NCBI RefSeq assembly: GCF_032191835.1 | Contig: NC_083229.1 | Span: 87,544,001-87,608,000, forward strand | Source of the DNA: Heteronotia binoei | Lineage: Eukaryota | Direction of reading: 5' to 3' | Length of the DNA stretch: 64,000 nt | Shown here: in pieces, positions 13,861 through 24,109 of the stretch | Numbering within the stretch: the first letter of the stretch is position 1 | How the letters are laid out: every line of letters starts with the position of its first letter | The notes under the pieces: generated by a model | The model's database searches: none | What the model saw: the letters and a program-made list of their open reading frames with translations, nothing else | What the model was told of the DNA's origin: nothing | Translations under genes and position numbers: made by a program

Positions 13861-15354
13861 GTTTTCACACAGTTCTTGTTCTGTTTATAGCAAAGATCCA
13901 TGTGTGACCAGAATTCTGCAGGGGTTATCATGACTTAAAGGAGCTGGTCTATGCACATGTAGTACAGATGTGCATGATTTGGTTTATGAAGAAGATATAG
14001 CTGATGTCCCAGTGAGTAATACAGGAACTTGATAATTAGTAGGCAAAGTAATTCTTGTCTACTGTCTACTGCCAGCTAAGGAGGCAGTTCCAAAATGCCT
14101 CCTTAACTGGCAGAGCTCTAATCTCTTGAGGATGAAGCTGTGTATCCTGGCACATTTTTAGAAACACTGGTGTGAACAACTAAATAGTCAGAATATTACT
14201 CATTTGGTCTATCAAACACTGAAGGTTTCCATTTTAAAATTCATTGACAAAGTTCTTTAGCAGTACAGCTTCATTATTTGAGAGGCCAGGAAACAGTCTT
14301 GAAGGTATTTATGCTCTTTAAACAAGATTCTGTAATATTGCTCAGTCATTAACTTTATAATAAATTCCAAAATTAAAATACTGTTGCTCAGTTTTCAGAG
14401 TATCTGACATGAAATAAATAGTCATCTGACGTGGTGCCTGTGACCATGTGAAGGTTCACTCAGAAGATGGGTATTTCATGCCAAGATGGTGTAGTTTTAA
14501 TGGGAGAACTGGGTCTGTTCCAATAAAATGTTAGCCTGTTTCTCAGTTCTTGCCTTTAAGCTGAGATCCCAAGAACCAGTGGCTCAACCAGAGGACTGTT
14601 TGCTGTGTATGGTTGTTGAGTGTTTTGGGGTTTTGTTATCAAGAGACAAGCTACTCTTCAAAATTTGATCAGCTTGTCAGCAGTGGGAAATGCAGCAATG
14701 AACAGCAAAAATGACTAGCTGCACGCATAACACAGCTCTGTCCTGTGCACACATGGTTCTTAATTGATCCCAACTTTTATGATAATGCATTTGAAGTAAA
14801 AGAAGTATTTGTTGTGCCTTAAGTCTTAGAGAGTAACAGGAGAAAGTACTTCAGAATATATTAAGAATACTACTGAATACACTATTCAGCAAATGTTGGC
14901 CATGCCATGCCTTGTATTCTGCATTACTTTCTACTTAGTAAGATCTAAGGCACAACAGCATCTTTTTTCAACATGCAACACCTATCACAACTAGCCTCAC
15001 TGGCTGTATTTTCTACCTTTTTAAAAAATTGAAATCAATGGCTTGTGTGTTGCTCTTGTATTTTTGTCTATATGCTTATTCCTGCATGATGCATCTATAT
15101 CCCATCTCAGATCTCAAAATGCCTCTTCTTGGTGGTATCCAAGTCAGTAGGCATGGTCATTAGGACCTCCTCCTCCACTTTTTCATTTTGTTTTTTGAAG
15201 CAGCAATGCTGCAGAAAAAGCTAAGTAGTCACCCTACACCTCTGCATGTTCCAGAGGTTTACAGCATCCCCCCCCCCTATTAGTAAGAAGGTACATTAGC
15301 AGCCTGAATAATAATTTTGCATTCTTATTTGTCTTACTTATGTACTTTGCTGAT

Positions 15355-16038
15355 TAGGGGTGTGCAAAAAAAAAGAAGGTATTTTTCAGGTTCAGGCATA
15401 TTGAACTTGAAAAATATTGATATTTCCCAATATTCCTGAGTCCCAATACCAGTATGTTATTCAGATGTGGGGAATATTCAGAACTGTCATTTTTTTTGCT
15501 CCATTGTACTCTATGGGGAACTTTATAGTCATTGGTCCCCATAGACTATAAAGGAGGATCAATCTGGGGGGTATCTGGGGCTCAGAGGAGTATTTTTTTT
15601 GCTGAAAATTTGGTGCCTTTCCTCACCTCCCCCCATAAAAGTTTTTAAGATTGGACCTGTGGGTCCAGTTCTATGGATCCCAGAAGAATGTGATCCCATC
15701 CTCCATTGTTTCCAGTGGAGGGGGGAAAGAAAAGGAATGGTGGTCTTCTTCAAGCCACACAGGTCTTTGGCAATTGAACTCTGAAGGCATGTAAAGGGAT
15801 CACAGTCTTTTTAAGTGCCTTCTCCAAGCCGAAAGTTCACTCCAAAGCCCTTTAACTGAAACTCTGGCAGTCCTGACAAATACTGCATATTTTTAGGATT
15901 TGGGGGGCGGGGGCAGCCATTTTCAGATAGCTGAATGGAGTAGCCCATTCAGTAACTGTCTGAGAAAATACCAGATAACCCCCGATAAGATACTTATTGG
16001 GCATTTTTGGCATGGTTTATACTAAGTGCGCACACCTA
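15355..16038. mobile_element. non-autonomous hAT element
   Basis: TIRs taggggtgtgca / gtgcgcacaccta; TSD ttgctgat/atgctgat (7/8). Confidence 0.8.
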
Positions 16039-16375
16039 ATGCTGATGCCTGTATCCTGGCTCAGTAAACTAGGAGCCAAATGCTGCCAAGGCCCAGGGTG
16101 GTGTTGGTTTGGTGCTAATGGTTTGCATATAGCATATTTGCCAGAATGTTTGATACTGCTAGCTAAGTTATAAGCTCAAGTGGCTGAAGCCTGCTTCGTT
16201 TTATTTATTCCTGTGCCTTATAAGCTGTTACCTGACTGCTTGTGCATAATGTTTATGTTTTTCTAAGTAGCAGAGTGGGGTTGCAGAACCTAATCCTTTA
16301 GGTTTAGTCACTCCCCTAAGTCTTGCAGTGAGAGATCTGCTGAGTGCTGAGGGCATGTCTCACCTGCCACCTCAG

Positions 16376-16504
16376 ACTTTTTCTGCACCAGGATCCACAT
16401 ATATAACTCCAGTCAGCAGCAACGTTCTTCCAGTACCTTCAAATTATAGCCAGAAGATTGACATGATGGATCCAGTCAGTGAGGTCAAACAAAAGATGAA
16501 TCAG
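16376..16504 (+). CDS. VAPA: VAPA alternative cassette exon (long isoform insert)
   Basis: cctcag|ACT...CAG|gtttgt; 129 nt, phase 0-0; TFSAPGSTYITPVSSNVLPVPSNYSQKIDMMDPVSEVKQKMNQ resembles in position, length and residue pattern the ~45-aa insert of the human long VAPA isoform (from memory). Confidence 0.7.
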
Positions 16505-17213
16505 GTTTGTTTCAGGGAGCTGAAATCCCTAAGACTTTTCTAGCATCATTGTAGGTCATTAAGTCAATTTAAGCTAGTTAAGAAAACAAAATTTGCCTTA
16601 AGTTAGAACAGAACAAGAAATCCAGTCAACCATACGAAGATTTCTGGAACAGTGGTGGTCTTCTGCTCATTCCCCTTTGAAGTACTGAATTCGCACTTAA
16701 TGTTTGTATAATTGGAGTTTTCATAGAATGGAATGTTGCTAGGGCTGAAATGCATATCATGGAGCAAATGAGGGACATCAATTGGAACAAGACAAGAAGG
16801 GTCACAGGCAGCAGTAATAATCATAGGAGGGAAGAAGTTGTGCAAGGCACAGAAGCCCAAACCTTCCCTAGCAACCAAAACTAAGGCCATGGTGTGTCTC
16901 TTTTATAGTCTGCATTCATATGACAGGTCAACTGACATTTAGAATGTGCATGGACTTAGCTTGTTGCTGCGTTCAAATGTGCATGTCTCAGTCTTCCTTC
17001 TTGTGCAGAGGCGTTATGAAGGAATTCAGCTTTAAAACACTGGCTGCTTGCAGTGCCCAAGTTCAGATATACAAGATAACCAGAGTTTGCTTTCGCCCTA
17101 TAAATTGTGATTCCAGGACTAGATTAAATCCAACCAACAACAAGAGGAAAGTGCACTATTTCTCTCTCTCTCTCTCCCCCCCCTCCTTTCCAGTCCACCC
17201 AGCAATCCTTTTG

Positions 17214-17390
17214 GATCACAGAAAGATGATTCCACAAGACACACACAAAAATGTGTCTTGTAGAAAGGCAGAAGGTCCTCAGTCCTTTGCAAGATGGGAT
17301 GATCACAGAAAGATGATTCCACGACACATTTGGACAAAAAAAATGTGGCTAGTAGAAAGGCAGAAGGTCCTCAGTCGTCTGCAAGATGGG
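17214..17390. repeat. 87-bp tandem duplication (2 copies)
   Basis: gatcacagaaagatgattccac...gcaagatgggat at 17214 and 17301. Confidence 0.85.
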
Positions 17391-17652
17391 ATGCAGAGAA
17401 ATCAACATCCACTTGGGTGCCTTCCACTAACAGTTGGTTGGACCCAAGCCATTGAATATACACTTCATAATAATAAATGGTTCATGTGCTTTATGTCTGT
17501 AACAGTAGCAACAACATTAATGTTTGTAGTGTACTATAACAAGATAGTAAAACCACATAATTGCTCTAAATGTTTAAAGCATCTTTAGTTGCCTTGTGAT
17601 TCAGTCCCATAAAACACACAGTGGCATATTACTGTTTCTACTCTTCCTAGCC

Positions 17653-18223
17653 CAGGGGTGGGGAACCTCTGTCCCAAGGGCCATATACGGCCCTTGAGGT
17701 CACTTGATGTGACCCTCAGGGATTGCTGGACCGAACCAAGCCATGTAGCAGCCTTCCTGGGGTCTAGCTGGCCAGCGAGGATTGTGGGGCCCAGCCATGC
17801 TGTGCAGCAGCCTCCCCAGGGCCAAGCAGGGATCACAGGGCCCAGATGTACTCTGCAGCAGCCTCCCTAGGGCCTGGCTGGCTGGCCAGAATTGCTTCAG
17901 GGCCTGGAAAAGTTGCTGTCACAGTTCAGTTTGCACTTGATTATCCCAGATGGTGTGGCCTAATATGCTAATGAGTGTGTGACCTAATATGCTAATATTA
18001 GGGAATGTGGTCTAATATGCTACTGAGTTCCTGCTGAGCAACAAAAAAGCCCTAGATCTATGCATTTGCCTAGGCGGTGGGCCGTTTGTGTTTGCATTAA
18101 TTTTGCATTAATCATTCTTCCTCAGTGGAGCACTGTTTTTTAAGTTGATAATTTTTTATGGCCCATGAATGATGTTATAAATATCCATCTGACCCTTGGC
18201 AGAAAAAAGGTTCCTCACCCCTG
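17653..18223. mobile_element. hAT-Charlie-like non-autonomous element
   Basis: TIRs caggggtggggaacct / aggttcctcacccctg; TSD tcctagcc/tcctagac; second copy at 36990-37600. Confidence 0.88.
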
Positions 18224-18691
18224 TCCTAGACTTTCTCTTCTCACGTTCAGATTCCCTTCTGTCCATGTTTCATCATGACATTTGCATTAGTATTAATATA
18301 AACCATGGTTAGCTTGCAGCCTTAGTTAGCAGAATGCTTAAAGAGTTAAGGAATATGTTGTGATAATGTACATTTCACATTTCTCAAGTTCAGTTAGGTA
18401 GTCTAAAAGATTATATCAGTATGAGGCCATTATACAGGTTATAAGTTCCATTGAATATTTTTCTCCTCTTTGAATGAGGAGGACTGAGTAAAAAATTCTA
18501 TTCTTATACTCTAAATCCTATTTGACTTATATTTGATAATCCTTTATTATAACAGAAGTAGCACATTCATCTTTTCCCAGGCTTTTCATATTGAAAACTG
18601 TCTTTGTCAAGTGGCAGTAAAATTGAAAAATGTTTAATATATTATTTTGCTTCAGCAAATTAGATTTTAAAGCCATTTTTAATGTTTGCAG

Positions 18692-18868
18692 AATGACATA
18701 GATGCAAGCAAATCCGCTCCAGTTCTGAATACAGCTAAACAGGATGGTCCCATGCCGAAACCACACAGCATTTCACTTAATGACACTGAAACAAGGAAGC
18801 TAGTAGAAGAATGCAAAAGACTTCAGACGGATGTGATAAAACTGACAGATGAGAATAGACACCTGAGA
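18692..18868 (+). CDS. VAPA: VAPA coiled-coil exon
   Basis: ttgcag|AAT...AGA|gtaagt; 177 nt; [59 protein letters not shown]. Confidence 0.97.
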
Positions 18869-20059
18869 GTAAGTTTCATGTAATTGAGATGCAAGGTTTC
18901 CTTAAACAATAAGGTTGGACCATGGTTGCAAAGGGTTAATGAAATCCATTTTAAAATGATTTGAATTGATGAAATGATTCAGAAAAGCTGTTTTGTGTAA
19001 AAAGGTGTGGGTAGAAATTCCCTAACAAATATAAATTTGTTGTTTATATCCTTTATTACATAAGTAATCATTATTTATGATTATTATTAATAATCATCCC
19101 ATTATTCTTCATTGAACTACTGAATTTAGTCATAGGGATTTTCTATTCAGATTAAATTTAATTCTGTGACTTTTTGGTATCAGCTACAAAAGTTGTTTAA
19201 GCGCAGCTTGACAAAAATAAAAGAATTGAGCATAGAATGGTTTAAGTATAATTAGCCATTCCTGACTGACAGTCTTGTTAAAAACATAAGCAGAGAAAAG
19301 CTTGTGCAGGTGTAGGTAGACAGGAGCTTGGGAGCCTTGGAGAAGAGAAAAGAGTATGTCTAGGAACTGAAGTCTTTCTCCTTTTTTATATTTCCTGAAA
19401 TTGGTCATGAAGACTTTTCTCTTTCTAGCTACAGTTAAAGTTGGTTCAGGTTAAAGTTAAAGTTAACTTTACAGTTAAAGTTGGTTCAGGAAGGTGCTTT
19501 GATCCTCCATTTTTTCCAGTGGGGGGAAATAGCAAGGCAATACAAGCCCAGCAAAAAGTCCCAGGGAATCTCTTTAGGAGAAAGTAAAGTGTGTGGGGGA
19601 GGGCATTTTTGCAAGGCCAGCAGCAGAAGCAGTGTCAGAAACCAACAGGACTAAGGTCAAATCTGAGAATCTCTGAAGTAGAATAATGTATTAGTGCCCA
19701 GTAGCAGAACCCAGTGCCAGCTCAGTAGGATTGATGTCAAGCAGAATCGCAGTCCAAATGTATGTGTGTGTTGCAAGGGCAGCAGAACCAGCATAGTAGT
19801 GCCCAGCAGTACAACCCAGTGCCAATGTGGTGGCAGTGCACACCCAACAGAATGAACTAATGTCACACCAGAGAATTCTAGCAGGGATTTTTTTTTTTTA
19901 AAGAAGCAAGGGCAGTAGAAGCCCGGGAGAATGCTCCAAAGTTCAGGGTGGGCAGGCACTTTTGCTAGCCCACCTGAACCAAGGCCAGCCCAATACACAG
20001 AAGCCCAGCAATGTTTTGTTTTCTTCCAAAACCATGGACAAACCCAGAGACCTTTACAC

Positions 20060-20194
20060 CAGAGTGGCCAACGGTAGTTCTCCAGATGTTTTTTGCCTAC
20101 AACTCTGATCAGCCCCAGCCAGCATGGCCATTGGCTGGGGCTGATGGGAGTTGTTGGCAAAAAACATCTGGAGAGCTACCATTGGCCATCCCTG
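20060..20194. mobile_element. palindromic hAT MITE (135 bp)
   Basis: near-perfect foldback; perfect TSD ctttacac. Confidence 0.9.
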
Positions 20195-21712
20195 CTTTAC
20201 ACCATTTCCCCAGGGAAGGCCTCAGAAAGTGAGAGGGGGGAGTTCTGTCCACCCTGATGCGCCTCTCTCAGTAGGAGCAGTACACCCCAACCATCACTGC
20301 CTCTGGCAGAGCCCTAGCCTAGGTGCTGAAGCTGCCCTTCATCACAGGCTCTCCCTTTCCCACTCCTGCAAAGAAGAAAATTAGCTTCATTATTTATGGT
20401 GCTTTTGTGGGTTCTGCTGCTTTCTATTTGGCACACAGGTCTCACTATCCTACTCTACCCTTTCATCTCCATCGAGTTGAAGAACATTTTTTGTGCTGCT
20501 GTTTTTATTTCAGTATGCAGTTTTGATTTGAGGTGGCTGGTGACTCCATGAATGAACTTGTGAGCACACCACCTTCAACATCACCCTGTGCTGCACTCCT
20601 GCCATGGTTTTGTAGAGGTATTTTGATGCAGGTGGATCCAGAATGGCGGTGGGCAGATGATGGGGCATTTCTGTGCCAGTCCAACTAGTTAATGGCCCTG
20701 TTTCTTCTTTCTGGTCTCATTTTAATTTCGGGAAGAGTGGTTCACCCCCAACTTCCCAGCACAGACTGAGAGATGATGCAGGCAAAAGTATGTGCTCACT
20801 TCAATCACCCTCAAGTTCAGGACTGGGTAGCTGAACAGGGGCAAGTTGATATTTAGGAAGACCAACTATGCAACTGTCGAGGGGAGCAGGGATAAGCAAC
20901 GTGAGCTGACATAGGGAAAAACCCACTTACTCTGAATGCTTGTAGGAGGGGATGAGAGGAGCCTCTGGGCCATGGCAGAGAGGTCCAGTCAGACCGCCTC
21001 CATCGTGGCCAAGTAGCTCAGTGGCCTGGTGGCCTGTGACTCATAGGGCTCCACAAGGTCCTCCCTTACAAGTGCAGTTGCCATGTCCCCCAATCTCATG
21101 TACCTACCACTTCCAGAGGGGCTGAGTATCTGCCAAGTAAGTGCCATCCCACAGGTCATCATGATGGTAACTGCAAGGGACATGAGGGATGAACTGCAGT
21201 GGAGTTGATTTCGTCCCCCACTTCCTCAGCTTGCACCAGCATGCCCCTCTTGACCTGCATGTGCTCAGCATGCCAGGAGAGCTTTTTTCTCCAGTGACTG
21301 AGCTTGTCGGCCCACTCAGAAGTCTTGCCCTTGATGTGTGGGTCACCAACATGTAGATCTTCTGCTATGTGAGATGCTGAAAGTGGGCCTTGAGGCCATC
21401 TTGCAGTCTTTTCACCAGTGCGCACACTGCTGGCATGGAGCAGAGTCTGGTAATAGTCCTCACTCTTGCCTAACACTAGTTTCCCCACCCTCAATGTTGC
21501 TGGGTTGCCACCAATGCACAGTTAGCAACTGATATGTATTGTGCTTCTCAAGGGAGGTCCAGATGTCAGAAATGAAGTTCTCAGCTCTTCCATGAGCATG
21601 GGACAACTGTGCCTTCATGTGGTACTTGGCAGCCCTATACATTGAAGGCAACATGACCCTGCTTAATGTAGTGTGAGCAGGGGGCATGTACCAGAGTTAG
21701 GTATCCTGGAGT

Positions 21713-21906
21713 CAATACTCCCTCAAAGCTGTGGAGTCTTGTGAGCAAAAATTCTACTTCATGAGATACTGGCATTAAAGTTGTGAGCTACTGCATAAAT
21801 TACTTTGCCCTGGGGCCATCTTTCCTGAGCTAAGACAAAAATGTGTGAGCCAGAGGCTAAAAAACTGTGAGCTAGCTCACACTAACTCAGCTTAGAGGGA
21901 ACACTG
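21713..21906. mobile_element. hAT MITE inserted in the transposase remnant
   Basis: TIRs caatactccctcaaagctg / cagcttagagggaacactg; perfect TSD cctggagt. Confidence 0.9.
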
Positions 21907-23953
21907 CCTGGAGTAGCCTGCAGAAAGTGTCTTCAACCAAGAAGGGGCAGCTGTCTACAGCAAGTATTTGGGAAATTAGATGAGTGACACCCTTATTTGC
22001 CTGCTGCTCCCCTCCCCCCCTCGGCACCCTAGTGCCAGCCTCACCAAGCGTCTTTGTCAGAGATGCTTGGTATCCTTTCACTACTGTGGAACAGTCAGGA
22101 ACAGCACTGGAGGTGGTCGCAGGATGACTTACCTCCTGGTGGCCACTTGGGCAACCCAGCAGCAGCCTCTTTTTCCACCCAAAGAAGCACCACCTGGTAG
22201 TGGTTCTTCAGATGGTTCCATAATCCAGTAGTTGAGAGATTGTCTCTCCCCTGACTGCTCTGTGCCCTTCTGCTTGCACTGTGCAAAGTAGGGATTCTCC
22301 ATCAGTTGGAAGTGCTTCCAGACTTTGGAGGTGTAGGGACACCCACGCTGTGAGAAGCTCAGGACAGACACACCATGTCTTGGGGAATCAGGAAACCATG
22401 CTTGAGTGAGGTTAAGCCATCTGCATAGGCAATGGAGAGATGATGAACCTATATTTCAGTCCTGAAGTGTTTCTTTGTAATGAATTCAGCATCATGTGCT
22501 AAATTGGCTAATCTCTAAAACCAGCACTAGGATAAGTTGTGTGAGTGTTGGATGAGAATATTTCACTCCTCAGGATGCTCTGATGCACACCTGAAGTTCA
22601 GCATTCTTTGATCAAATAACTGGATTTTGAATCAGAATTCGCTAATGGGTTTGATAGGATTAGTTAAAGACTCAACTGTGTCTGATGGTTTTTCAGTTTT
22701 AGTATATAACATAACTAAGGAGTCTGTTGTCACAGCTGTTATCGCTCTGCTTATCTACACTTTTGAATCTTGCAAAAGAATGTTACAAACCCATTGTTAA
22801 CAGTGTTTTTCTTTCCACTGTGTGTAAAAATCTTGTGAACTGAAAATTCATTTTATTCATCTGACACAGTGGGCTCCAGCTCATGAAGGCATGTGTTATA
22901 GAGATTTCAATGTTTAAAGTGTCCCAGGACTAAATGTCTACCTCACTGGAACTGCTGATTAGCACTTTGTTTTTAGATTCTGGAATATGCCCTTGCCTCC
23001 TGAACATTAAATTTAAAGTTTCCATTTCAGCATCATAAGTATTTCTGCTAGTAATTTGTGTTCTTATGCCTCCATTGTACTTATTGCCACTTAAAATTGT
23101 GAAACGTGTATAATCATAATAGGGTGATCATTAGAATGTCTTGCATGTGTCAACAAAATGATTTAATTTAATTTTTTGTTAGGTTCTTGATCTAAAGGAA
23201 AATTATTTCCCTATGACTATCAAATTTGAACTTTCCCCATACTTAAGTGAAATAGCTAGCCTGCCATATCAGTGCCATTGAAGTACTCTTCTAGACCATA
23301 GCTTTCATTCAGTTTTTGTTTCAAGGAGCCATTGTTTCCAAATATATTGAGCTGGATGCAACCAGCTTTTCCACTAATGAAAATAGGAGGAGATGGTCCC
23401 CTTTGACAACCAGAAAGGATATGCTGAGGATCATGGGGCCTACATGGATAAAACCATGTGGGATGGGGCTGTAATACAGAGGGAAGTGAAATAGTCAGAC
23501 CATATGACAAATTGGTAACATTCATTTCCCAGTTCTGTGGGATATATAAAACTTGACTGAGCTTTGGAAAAGCTGTTGTGCATGATACCTATAGCCAGCT
23601 GATTTCTCATTCAGAAAACATGAATTTTAAAGATGGGAAGCTAGATTTAAATCAGTGACTCAGTCTTGATTTAGCATCTCAGTTTGTTTTGTAGGGAAAG
23701 ACAGGTTTCATATTTTGTACTTAGGAAAAGAATAATGTATGGCATTGTTGCACACATGTTTTCTTTTGCTGACTATTTTATTTCTTGTTTGACTTTGTTT
23801 AAATGCAAATAGTTGTAAATAAATTTGCAAAACTTTAAACTTCTCCTAAAAGTAAAATGTTCTAGTTTCATTCAGAAGTCTGAGAATGATACCCTTTGGA
23901 TGAATTTTCTGAGATTTTTCTGTTGATGACTTCCTTTCATATGGTTTTTTCAG

Positions 23954-24109
23954 GATGAAGGTTTGAGGCTGAGAAAGGTTGCACACGCGGATAAATCTGG
24001 ACCATCAGGCTTGGCTCTCCGAGATAATGGCTCTAATTCTCTTCCCTCGCTTCTTGTTGTAATTGCAGCTTTTTTCATTGGATTCTTTTTAGGGAAATTC
24101 ATCTTGTAG
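23954..24109 (+). CDS. VAPA: VAPA last coding exon (C-terminal transmembrane anchor)
   Basis: tttcag|GAT...TAG; [51 protein letters not shown], the VAPA-type C-terminus. Confidence 0.97.
   Translation, partial: DEGLRLRKVAHADKSGPSGLALRDNGSNSLPSLLVVIAAFFIGFFLGKFIL

Larger units (their letters stand above)
19450..22400 (-). pseudogene. decayed hAT (Ac/ZBED-like) transposon with transposase remnants
   Basis: BED-finger pieces (SKVWKHF..C, NLSTTGLWNHLKNH), ISQILAVDSCPFLVED, FISDIWTS; many stops and frameshifts; element ends not resolved. Confidence 0.75.

Noticed and set aside
16920-17588. 222-aa ORF
   Set aside because: Runs through a (TC)n tract and an 87-bp duplication in a VAPA intron; no recognisable domain
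19430-19490. Short direct repeats here and at 2490-2520, 40420-40447 and 58940-58990
   Set aside because: Ordinary 14-24 bp slippage duplications with no further structure
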